Positions 9,364 to 19,026 of a DNA stretch of 64,000 nt are shown piece by piece; positions within the stretch are counted from its first letter, which is position 1, and every line of letters starts with the position of its first letter. This DNA comes from Collinsella sp. (GTDB lineage: Bacteria; Actinomycetota; Coriobacteriia; Coriobacteriales; Coriobacteriaceae): positions 35,840 to 99,839 of the forward strand of contig DXZT01000050.1 of assembly GCA_019419545.1 (NCBI GenBank). The letters are read 5' to 3'. Position numbers and translations under genes: made by a program. A model generated the notes under the pieces. The model saw only the letters and a program-made list of their open reading frames with translations. It did not search any database and was not told the origin of the DNA.

Positions 9364-11229
9364 CTACCTCGTGTGCGGGATACCCAACACGTCGAGCGCG
9401 TTGGCCATAATGGACTGGAACGGCACCGCAGCGGCATCTGAGCCGCTCGGCGTTCCGTCGAGCGTGATATAGCACAGCACCTTGGGCGATTGTGCCGGCG
9501 CAAAGCCCATAAAGGACGACATGTAGTTCTCCTTAAGGTAGCCGCCGTTCTCGTCGGCTCGTTCGGCCGTACCGGTCTTGCCCGCCACGTCATAGCCGTC
9601 AACTGCGCCGCCAACGCCCGTGCCTTCGGACACGACCGTCTGCATGCACGATGTCACCTGGGATGCGGCGTCCTCCGAAATCGCACGCTCGCCTTCGCCC
9701 CAGTCCTTCTCGTCGCCTTTGCTGGACTTATAGAAGTGCGGGGTCATCATCACGCCGCCGTTGGCGATGCCGCCCACGGCACGTGCGATCTCAATCGGAG
9801 AGACAGACAGCGCCTGTCCAAAGCTCATCGAGCCCAGCGTGGCGCCGTCATACTGGTCACGCTCCTTGACGATGCCCAGGCTCTCGCCCGGAAAATCGAC
9901 ACCGGAGCTGTGACCTATGCCCCACTTGTCCACATAGGCGGCAAAGTCGTCGGCACCGATCTTGCGCCCCACCAGGACAAAGCCCACGTTGGACGAACGG
10001 CGCATCATCTCGCGCACATCCATGGTCATGGAATAATCGCGCTTGTCGGCATCGGTGACGGTATCGTCGCCCACCTTGATGCTCGCCGGTACCTCAAACG
10101 ACGTACTCGATCGCACTACGCCCAAGTCGAAGCCGGCGCCCGCCACGAGCGTCTTAAAGACTGAGCCGGGCTCGTAGGCGTCGGTGACCAGGCGCAAGTT
10201 CATATCCTCGGTCTTGGCGTTCTCCAGATCGGTCTGGTCGTAGGTCGGGTACGAGCAGGCGGCGAGAATTTCACCAGTCGTGGGGTCGGTGACCAAAGCC
10301 GAGCCGTTCTTGGCCTTAGTCTTCTCAACTGCCTCTGCCAGGGCATCCTCGGCCGCACGCTGGATATTGACGTCGAGCGTCGTCACGATGTCAACGCCGT
10401 CGACCGCAGCCACCTTTTTATAGGCACCGCCCGCGATATAGCTGCCGTCCCTCGCGCGCTCGCGCACGAGAGAACCGTTCGTGCCGGTCAAAAGCTTGTT
10501 GTATTGCTTTTCGAGACCCGTCAAGCCGTCGTTGTCTACATTCACTACACCCAGCACCTGCGATGCCAGATTGCCGTATGGATATACGCGCTTCATGGCC
10601 TGCTCAAAAAGCACGCCGGGCAGGTTCTTCTTCTCCAGCGCCGCAGCATCGTCTTCGTCCACCTGGCGCTTGATATACACCCAGGTGCCATCGGACTCGA
10701 CGAGCTTGCGGCAGGTCTTTTTATCGATTCCAGTTGCCTTGACCAGCGCCGACACCGTCTTGTCAACATCCTCGACAAGCTGCGGGTTCACGGCGATGTT
10801 GCGACATTCGACCGACGACGCCAGCACGTTACCGTTGCGGTCGTAGATGGTGCCACGTTTGGCATAGAGGGTCTGCGCAAGCAGGCGACGCGCATCGGCA
10901 CGCTCGCGCAGTTTATCGGCTTCGACAATTTGATAGTCGGCAAGGCGAAAGACGCCCAAGCCCAAGCCAAGCCCAATGAAGCCCATGACGGCTTTGCGGC
11001 GAGGCAGAGGCGTGCCCGTGAGCCATTCGGTCGACGAACTCTTGCGCGACCTGGTGTTATGCACTTGAGGGCCGCCCGAGCCGCGAAGTCGCGACGCCGG
11101 GTCGTTGCCACGGGACTGCCCGGCGTTGTAAGATTGCCGACCCGTTCCTTGATAACCAGAACGTCCCCGCGACGAGGGACGTCCAGAACCGCGGCCCCCA
11201 TCGGAACCGCGGCGATAGTCATTTGTCAT
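9364..11229 (-). CDS. ftsI: Class B penicillin-binding protein FtsI
   Basis: TM segment, RGTIYDRNG, YEPGSVFK (SxxK), SSN (SxN), KTGTA. Confidence 0.95.
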   Translation of the reverse strand: MTNDYRRGSDGGRGSGRPSSRGRSGYQGTGRQSYNAGQSRGNDPASRLRGSGGPQVHNTRSRKSSSTEWLTGTPLPRRKAVMGFIGLGLGLGVFRLADYQIVEADKLRERADARRLLAQTLYAKRGTIYDRNGNVLASSVECRNIAVNPQLVEDVDKTVSALVKATGIDKKTCRKLVESDGTWVYIKRQVDEDDAAALEKKNLPGVLFEQAMKRVYPYGNLASQVLGVVNVDNDGLTGLEKQYNKLLTGTNGSLVRERARDGSYIAGGAYKKVAAVDGVDIVTTLDVNIQRAAEDALAEAVEKTKAKNGSALVTDPTTGEILAACSYPTYDQTDLENAKTEDMNLRLVTDAYEPGSVFKTLVAGAGFDLGVVRSSTSFEVPASIKVGDDTVTDADKRDYSMTMDVREMMRRSSNVGFVLVGRKIGADDFAAYVDKWGIGHSSGVDFPGESLGIVKERDQYDGATLGSMSFGQALSVSPIEIARAVGGIANGGVMMTPHFYKSSKGDEKDWGEGERAISEDAASQVTSCMQTVVSEGTGVGGAVDGYDVAGKTGTAERADENGGYLKENYMSSFMGFAPAQSPKVLCYITLDGTPSGSDAAAVPFQSIMANALDVLGIPHTR

Positions 11230-11246
11230 ACTCAGCTACCGTCTTG

Positions 11247-11717
11247 CTACTGAGCGGTCGCGGTCGCGTTGGCGCCCGCGGCTGCATCCTGCGAAAAGTC
11301 AAGTGTAACGCTCTCGCTGGGCTCCACCATGCCATAAGCGCCCGCAAGGTCGCGAATACGCGTGTCGGCGCCATAGACCGAATGCATGACCTCCAGGTCG
11401 GAGCTCTCATCGGTCGCCTTTTCGAGCGTGTTGGTAAGCTCGGCGTTGCTGTTGAGCACCTGGGCCGTAACGCCGGCGAGCGCCACGCGGGCGACGCCGA
11501 TCGTCATGAAGATAGCCGCAATGATGCAAAACGTTTTAAGAACGCTCATGAAAACCGGGCTTACCGCCTGGTTTGCCTGACGGCCCGCGCCCGTGTAGAC
11601 ATCAAAGCGCGGCGTGCGCTGCTCACGGGGAGCAACGGGGGCCTGCGGCGTCTCACGATAGGCGGGCATGGCGTTCATATCATAGGCGAGTGCTGCGCTT
11701 GAAGTGTTGTAGCCCAT
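11247..11717 (-). CDS. ftsL: FtsL-like cell division protein
   Basis: Single TM helix followed by a coiled coil; lies between rsmH and ftsI. Confidence 0.75.
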   Translation of the reverse strand: MGYNTSSAALAYDMNAMPAYRETPQAPVAPREQRTPRFDVYTGAGRQANQAVSPVFMSVLKTFCIIAAIFMTIGVARVALAGVTAQVLNSNAELTNTLEKATDESSDLEVMHSVYGADTRIRDLAGAYGMVEPSESVTLDFSQDAAAGANATATAQ

Positions 11718-11807
11718 GATATGCCGCCTCCCATCCCGAGTACGTTGGTAGTGTGTTTAAGCTTCGTTTATGGTGCGAGCGGGAGGTCCAATATCGCGCG
11801 GTCGCGC

Positions 11808-12773
11808 CTACAGACGCTGCGCCACGCGGATTTTGGCTGATCTCGCCCGAGGGTTGCGCTCAACCTCATCAGGCTGGGCAACCAGGGGTTTGCGGGTGAT
11901 GACCTTGAGTATCGGCACGTTGCCGCACACGCACACCGGAATCTCCGGCGGACACGTGCACCCCTGGCTCATCTCCTTAAAGTGGTTCTTTACGATACGG
12001 TCCTCGAGCGAGTGATACGAGATGACGCAGATGCGTCCGCCCGGGTTGAGCCACCTGGTGGCGGCGTCTAGCCCTCGCTCGAGCACATCGAGTTCGTGAT
12101 TGACCTCAATGCGAATGGCCTGGAAACTTTTCTTGGCCGGGTGTCCGCCATGCCGACGAGCGGCAGCGGGGATACCAGCCTTGATGATCTCGACAAACTG
12201 ACCGGTGGTTTCGATCGGCTCATGCTCGCGGCGGCGCACGATCTCACGCGCGATCTGCGAGGCGAACTTCTCTTCGCCGTAGACGCGTAGAATCCGGGCG
12301 AGGTCGTGTTCGTTATAGGTGTTGATGACCTCAGCTGCGTTTAAGGTGTTGTTACCCGGATCCATCCGCATGTCCAATGGGGCGTCCTCGTTGTACGAAA
12401 AGCCCCTGCCAGGGATATCGAGTTGCGGCGACGAAACGCCCAAGTCGAACAGGAAGCCATCGACCCCGGGCACCTCGGCCGAGCAAAGCAGCTCGTCCAA
12501 GTCGCCGAAGTTGCCCTTCAGCAGCTGGTGCGGTACGCCGGGAACCTCGCGGTCCAGACGGGCGCCAGCGGCCTCGAGGGCCATGTCGTCCTGATCGACG
12601 CCGAGCAAAAGGCCGGTCTCCCCCACCTGCGCGGCCATCTTTACCGAATGGCCGGCACCGCCAAGGGTGCAGTCGCAGACGACGGAGCCGCTCTTGAGCT
12701 GCAGCGACTCAAGCACTTCGCCGAGCATGACAGGTTCATGCCGATATTCTTGTGTCAAGATCCCACGCTCCAT
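11808..12773 (-). CDS. rsmH: 16S rRNA m4C1402 methyltransferase
   Basis: HEPVM, DCTLGGAGHS, DLGVSSPQLD, LDMRM, ISYHSLEDRIVK, NPRARSAK. Confidence 0.98.
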   Translation of the reverse strand: MERGILTQEYRHEPVMLGEVLESLQLKSGSVVCDCTLGGAGHSVKMAAQVGETGLLLGVDQDDMALEAAGARLDREVPGVPHQLLKGNFGDLDELLCSAEVPGVDGFLFDLGVSSPQLDIPGRGFSYNEDAPLDMRMDPGNNTLNAAEVINTYNEHDLARILRVYGEEKFASQIAREIVRRREHEPIETTGQFVEIIKAGIPAAARRHGGHPAKKSFQAIRIEVNHELDVLERGLDAATRWLNPGGRICVISYHSLEDRIVKNHFKEMSQGCTCPPEIPVCVCGNVPILKVITRKPLVAQPDEVERNPRARSAKIRVAQRL

Positions 12774-12793
12774 CCGTTACTCGTGCCTTGCCC

Positions 12794-13228
12794 TTACGAG
12801 AAGAAGAGGTCCAGCAGGGCCTCGTCATCATCGTCCTCATCGGCCGTAGCGCGGTCCCAAACCTCAAGGTGGTCGTAGTTGCCCACAACCGTGACCTCGC
12901 GGTCGAGGTTCGCCTGCTTGCGGAGAGACTCAGAAAGACCGATACGACCCGCGCTGTCCACATCCATCGACGTGGTGCGCTTGTTGATCGCCCTCATGAG
13001 CTTCTGGTCGTTAATGTCACGCGGGTTAAAACCCTCGTGGCCCTCACGACCCGCGAAGAGTCCTTCGACCCACTTATCGAAGGCCTCGGCAGAGAACACG
13101 TACAGAGCATCGACATCCAGGGCTTTGAACACGCGAACGTGCTCTCCAAGCTCCTCGCGAAGGGGTGCAGGCAGGGACAGACGACCTTTTGCATCGAGAT
13201 TGCGCTCGTATGCACCAGTCATTCCCAT
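12794..13228 (-). CDS. mraZ: dcw transcriptional repressor MraZ
   Basis: Two DxxGR motifs (LDAKGRL, VDSAGRI), VGNYDHLEVWD. Confidence 0.96.
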   Translation of the reverse strand: MGMTGAYERNLDAKGRLSLPAPLREELGEHVRVFKALDVDALYVFSAEAFDKWVEGLFAGREGHEGFNPRDINDQKLMRAINKRTTSMDVDSAGRIGLSESLRKQANLDREVTVVGNYDHLEVWDRATADEDDDDEALLDLFFS

Positions 13229-13296
13229 GTGCGCCCTCCCCTCGGTTACTCAGATGGCACGTACGCGGGGAACCACCCCGCCTGTCGACGTCATCA

Positions 13297-13325
13297 ATAA
13301 TATGGGGAACCGCCCCATTTTTCAA
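13297..13325 (-). promoter_or_regulatory. Sigma70/SigA-type promoter of the dcw cluster
   Basis: TTGAAA (13325-13320), 17-bp spacer, TATTAT (13302-13297). Confidence 0.75.
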
Positions 13326-13368
13326 CACCTTTCCCCACCCCTTCCCCCACTCCTCCCCACCATTCCAC
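13323..13368 (-). promoter_or_regulatory. MraZ-binding GTGG(G) direct repeats
   Basis: GTGGAATG-GTGGGGAGGA-GTGGGGGAAGGG-GTGGGGAAAG-GTGTTG with 8-12 bp period, abutting the -35; matches the known MraZ operator architecture. Confidence 0.75.
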
Positions 13369-13425
13369 CCCCAATATGTTGTAAAACACCCCCGAGCATA
13401 TGTTCGAAAACACAATATGTTGTGT
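13369..13425. promoter_or_regulatory. Tandem NrdR-box-like sites flanking a LexA-box-like site
   Basis: CCCCAATATGTTGTAA (13369-13384) and ACACAATATGTTGTGT (13410-13425), 41 bp apart; CGAGC-ATAT-GTTCG (13393-13406) lies between them. Confidence 0.6.
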
Positions 13426-13476
13426 TTGCAGCAAAGGCGGGATGCCACCTGTAGAACGACGCCCGCGAACCTCAAC

Positions 13477-13495
13477 CTTCAAGTTGACCTTGAGG
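13477..13495. promoter_or_regulatory. CTCAAS-N5-STTGAG-type inverted repeat (MerR/FtsR-like operator)
   Basis: CTTCAAG-TTGAC-CTTGAGG; near-identical inverted copy at 61299-61317. Confidence 0.5.
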
Positions 13496-13593
13496 CGATT
13501 TTTACGTCCCTTTACACGCCGTTCACATCGCCCCCAAACTCCCCCACCCACGGTACACACGGCCCACCGCCGCGTCGGTGTCTAGCGAAAAAT

Positions 13594-13655
13594 GGGACGA
13601 GCCCCAGATTGCCCATGCGCGCAAAAGTGCGTCTCGGCAATCTGGGGCCCGTCCC
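13594..13655. repeat. GGGAC...GTCCC palindrome (REP-like or terminator) downstream of xerD
   Basis: 20-bp arms GGGACGAGCCCCAGATTGCC / GGCAATCTGGGGCCCGTCCC with one mismatch. Confidence 0.7.
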
Positions 13656-13690
13656 CTTTAGTATTTATAAATATGCAGGTCAGCGAGGTG

Positions 13691-14632
13691 CTAGCGATGT
13701 GCTAGCGGATGCGCCGCCAGATAGACCTCGGTCAGTTGCGTTCGGTCGACATGCGTGTAGACCTGCGTGGTCGAAATATCGGCATGGCCCAAAATCTCCT
13801 GCAGCACACGCAGGTCGGCACCGCCCGCGAGCATGTGGGTGGCAAAGGAGTGGCGCAAGGTATGGGGATGGAGCCCCACCAGCCCCACCTGACGCCCATA
13901 CCGCTCGCATATCGCATGCACGGCCTGGCGCGACAGACGGCGGCCGTTCTTATTTAAAAAGACCGCCGAGGTCTCGGTTCCGCGGGCATGGGCCGCCAAG
14001 CGAGAACGTCCCTCAGTTACATAGAGCGTCAGAGCTCGCGCCGCGCTTCCCACCAGTGGGGACAGACGTTCCTTTGAGCCCTTACCGCGAACGAGTACAA
14101 AGCCATCGTCAATATGGATATCGCCCACATCGAGCCCAACCAGCTCACTCACACGCAAACCGCATCCGTAGAGCACTTCCAAGATGGCATGGTCGCGCAG
14201 TCCCATCTCGCCCTCGGGAAAGTCTTGATCGAGCAGTGCCGAGACATCCTCCACCGATAGATACTCCGGCAAACGCTCAGCCTTTTTAGGCAGGCGCAAC
14301 GCCGCCGTCGGGTTTTGGGCCACGGCCCCATCGCGCACCAAAAAGGCATGCAGGCCCTTCACGGCAGCAAGCGCACGCTCCACCGAGGCGTCGGAATAGC
14401 CTCCGTCGCGGCGATCGGCGACAAAGCCCTCCACGATCTGACGGGTCACCTCTTCAAAAGACACAATACCCGCCCGCTCCAGATAGGCGCAGTACGTCGT
14501 CAGGTCACGACGATAGGCCGCAATCGTGTTGCGCGCCAAGCCCCGCTCGACCGCGAGGTAATCGAGATACTCCCCCGCCGCCACGGCGAGCGACGAGGGA
14601 GTAGCTTCGGTATGTTCCTTATTCGCCGGCAC
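13691..14632 (-). CDS. xerD: Tyrosine recombinase XerD
   Basis: YLAVERGLARNTIAAYRRDL, LYGCGLRVSEL, GKGSKER, HPHTLRHSFATH, LGHADISTTQVY; GTG start just after the pyrG stop. Confidence 0.92.
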   Translation of the reverse strand: MPANKEHTEATPSSLAVAAGEYLDYLAVERGLARNTIAAYRRDLTTYCAYLERAGIVSFEEVTRQIVEGFVADRRDGGYSDASVERALAAVKGLHAFLVRDGAVAQNPTAALRLPKKAERLPEYLSVEDVSALLDQDFPEGEMGLRDHAILEVLYGCGLRVSELVGLDVGDIHIDDGFVLVRGKGSKERLSPLVGSAARALTLYVTEGRSRLAAHARGTETSAVFLNKNGRRLSRQAVHAICERYGRQVGLVGLHPHTLRHSFATHMLAGGADLRVLQEILGHADISTTQVYTHVDRTQLTEVYLAAHPLAHR

Positions 14633-14634
14633 CC

Positions 14635-16302
<1,668 letters not shown>

Positions 16303-16474
16303 TTACCTGCGCTTCCCGTAGAAGTTGTTTATCCACATCTTACGGGTCTTCATTGTAATACTCGCGCCGCGGACCGTTCGCAATTTTTCTCGCGTGCGGT
16401 TGCATTTCTCAATCTTGAAACAAAACGCCGCCCGGTTTCCCAGGCGGCGTCGCTATGGCAAGGGTTACATGCTG

Positions 16475-16813
16475 CTATCGATCAGCAACCTCGTCCTCAA
16501 GCATTTCTTGAACGAGCATGCCGGTGCGGACGCCCTCAAGATACCACTCGCCACGTTCGGTGAGGCAAATGCCATTTGCAAGCTGACCGCCGTCGTCGCT
16601 ATAACGCGAGACGACATCAATCATGCCTTCGGAATCCAAGCGATCGATTGCGGCGCGGGCACGATACGGCGAAACCCCCACGCGCTCGGCAAGCGTTTTG
16701 CGCGAGAAACCATACGGCCCGCCATTGTCTTCGGTTTGCTGGTCGATCTCCATCAACACCAGCACCTCGACACGCTTCATATCGTTGACACTCGCACGAC
16801 CCTTGCCCGCCAT
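16475..16813 (-). CDS. Small winged helix-turn-helix protein
   Basis: GAGGAGG RBS; SRKTLAERVGVSPYRARAAIDRLDSEGMI helix-turn-helix plus wing RYSDDGGQLAN. Confidence 0.75.
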   Translation of the reverse strand: MAGKGRASVNDMKRVEVLVLMEIDQQTEDNGGPYGFSRKTLAERVGVSPYRARAAIDRLDSEGMIDVVSRYSDDGGQLANGICLTERGEWYLEGVRTGMLVQEMLEDEVADR

Positions 16814-17069
16814 AGCAGCCTCCTCAAACCGAGCACGAGCATCTAACGCGCCGTGCGCGACCGACACACCTCACGATGGCAGGTAATATCCATCATGCGG
16901 CATCCCGCTAAGGATGAAACAGTTACGGTTATTGTATACCGCTCAAATTGTTTCTAGGCAGGTAAACGGCTATTTTTCGCCGAAATAGGCGCTTTATTGA
17001 TCAAAAAGCCGTACCGGGCGCTAACCCGATACGGCCAAAATGCAATGCAATTACCGCGGTGCTTCAAAC

Positions 17070-18551
17070 TTAGCGATGGAAGAAACCGCGGCGCTCAAAC
17101 TTGGGCTCGCAGCACACGTTGATACCCAGTTTGCGCAGTACCGTCTCGTCCGTCGGCGAGATGATCACGCTAAAGAAGGCATCGCAACCGCGCAACTGCT
17201 CCAGGCCCGAAAGGACGCGAGCGGCCGTCTCACTCGTGGCCGAGGTGATCGACAGCGCCATAAGCGTCTCGTCGGTGTGGAGGCGCGGGTTTTTGCTGCC
17301 CAGGAAATGCGTCTTGAGCTTGCTGATGGGCTCGATCGCCTCATCGCTAATGACCTCGAGCTCAAGGTCGACGCCCGAAACATGCTTGAGGGCGTTCATA
17401 ATGAGCGAGCTCGCAGCGCCCAGGCGCGTGGAGGTCTTACCGGTCACCACGGAGCCATCGGGCATGACCATGGCACCCACGGGACCACCCGTCAGCTGCT
17501 CCCTGGTGAGGGCCGCCGAGCGCGCCGGTGAGTAGTTCTTATCGATGCCGGCTTTCTTCATAATAATCTTGAGACGGTCGACTTGCTCATCGCCCACGCC
17601 GGTACGGCGCACATTTTCGACCGCGGTAAAGTAGCGGCGGACGATCTCCATCTTGGAAGCGTCGCGGCAGGCATCGTCATCGGTGATGGCAAAGCCGACC
17701 ATATTGACGCCCATGTCCGTAGGGCTCTGGTAGGGGCTCTTGCCCAGGATCTTTTCCATCAGGGCACGGACTACCGGGAAGGCCTCGACGTCGCGGTTGT
17801 AGTTGACCGTGGTCTTGTTGTAGGCCTCAAGGTGGAACGAATCGATGATATTGGCGTCGTCGAGGTCAGCCGTGGCGGCCTCGTAGGCAATATTGACCGG
17901 ATGCGTCAGAGGAAGATTCCAGACCGGGAAGGTCTCAAACTTGGCATAGCCGGCGGCGGTACCGTGCTTATGCTCGTGATACAGCTGCGAGAGGCAAGTG
18001 GCGAGCTTGCCCGAGCCAGGGCCGGGCGCCGTCACGACAACGAGTGGACGCGTGGTCTCGACAAACTCGTTCTTGCCGTAGCCATCGTCGGACACGATCA
18101 GATCGACATCGTGCGGATACCCCTCGATGGGATAGTGCAGCTTGGCGGGAATACCGAGCGCGTTCAGGCGGTTGCGGAACACATCGGCAGCAGGCTGGCC
18201 GGCGTACTGGGTGATGACCACAGCCGCGACGGCAAAGCCGTTGCCGCGGAACAGGTCAACCAGGCGCAGCACATCCTCGTCATAGGTAATGCCAAGGTCA
18301 CCACGAGCCTTGTTTTTCTCGATGTGGTTCGCGTTGATCGCGATGATAACCTCGACATCGTCGGCGATGCTCTTGAGCATGCGGAACTTGCTGTCCGGTT
18401 CAAAACCCGGTAGCACGCGGCTCGCATGATAGTCATCGAACAGCTTACCGCCAAACTCCAAATAGAGCTTGCCACCAAACTGCGAGATGCGCTCCTTAAT
18501 GTGAGCAGCCTGCAGCTCGATATACTTCGCGTTGTCGAAACCCTGGCGCAT
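17070..18551 (-). CDS. DUF1846 (UPF0371) family protein
   Basis: GFDNAKYIELQ, KLYLEFGGKLFDDYHASRVLPGF, P-loop APGPGSGKLATCLSQLYH, NYNRDVEAFP. Confidence 0.9.
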   Translation of the reverse strand: MRQGFDNAKYIELQAAHIKERISQFGGKLYLEFGGKLFDDYHASRVLPGFEPDSKFRMLKSIADDVEVIIAINANHIEKNKARGDLGITYDEDVLRLVDLFRGNGFAVAAVVITQYAGQPAADVFRNRLNALGIPAKLHYPIEGYPHDVDLIVSDDGYGKNEFVETTRPLVVVTAPGPGSGKLATCLSQLYHEHKHGTAAGYAKFETFPVWNLPLTHPVNIAYEAATADLDDANIIDSFHLEAYNKTTVNYNRDVEAFPVVRALMEKILGKSPYQSPTDMGVNMVGFAITDDDACRDASKMEIVRRYFTAVENVRRTGVGDEQVDRLKIIMKKAGIDKNYSPARSAALTREQLTGGPVGAMVMPDGSVVTGKTSTRLGAASSLIMNALKHVSGVDLELEVISDEAIEPISKLKTHFLGSKNPRLHTDETLMALSITSATSETAARVLSGLEQLRGCDAFFSVIISPTDETVLRKLGINVCCEPKFERRGFFHR

Positions 18552-18732
18552 GTATGGCTCCCGTCCCGTTTCCATTTAATGTTCTAGGCGATTATAACGG
18601 AGCCCGCCCCTCGCAATGCCCTAACCGCCAACAGGCACCAACCAAACACGCCACCACGCAACCGCAAGGAACCCGGGCGGTCTATTTGGGACGGCACCAC
18701 CTTGCACCAACAATAGAAACGTCGCAGGAAGA

Positions 18733-18885
18733 GGCAAAGTCAGCGAAAGCCCGCCAGAGCGAGCAAGGTGACGTGAAAGAGGAGGGCATAGGCCTTTTGG
18801 CCATGCCCGACGATTGAACGTCAGATTGCCGCTCTGGCGGGCTTGCAGCGTCGAGTGGTTCCGGCGTTTGGTAAAACGCCGGAAC
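18733..18885. repeat. 153-bp structured intergenic repeat, copy A
   Basis: Colinear with 49889-50041; long irregular stem-loop plus a 12-bp hairpin. Confidence 0.9.
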
Positions 18886-18893
18886 ACAAGAGC

Positions 18894-19026
18894 GCCTCCC
18901 CCCGCGCACGGAACGGGAGGAGGCTAAAGGTAGGAGTCTACCGGTGGGGTTACCCCACCGGACAGACGATGACCAGGTGATCCTTTACAGGATCGTCATG
19001 GTTTCCGTGGGGTACCCAAGGGGTAC
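18894..19026 (-). ncRNA. Structured arcD 3' region, candidate 3'UTR-derived sRNA
   Basis: Four consecutive hairpins (19012-19026, 18979-18994, 18941-18961, 18894-18924) with an unpaired CUCCUACCUUU between the last two. Confidence 0.35.

Noticed and set aside
13323..13372. G-tract run as a possible G-quadruplex
   Set aside because: Adequately explained as MraZ operator repeats; no independent evidence
13165..14289. 374-aa plus-strand ORF across the mraZ promoter and xerD
   Set aside because: Low-complexity translation of regulatory DNA and antisense xerD
13691..14632. Tyrosine recombinase as a prophage or ICE integrase
   Set aside because: XerD-type N-terminus, coupled to pyrG, and no att site, tRNA or mobile cargo nearby
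18733..18885. The covarying repeat as a hammerhead or other known ribozyme
   Set aside because: No CUGAnGA/GAAA core in the right arrangement on either strand; no known ribozyme consensus recognised
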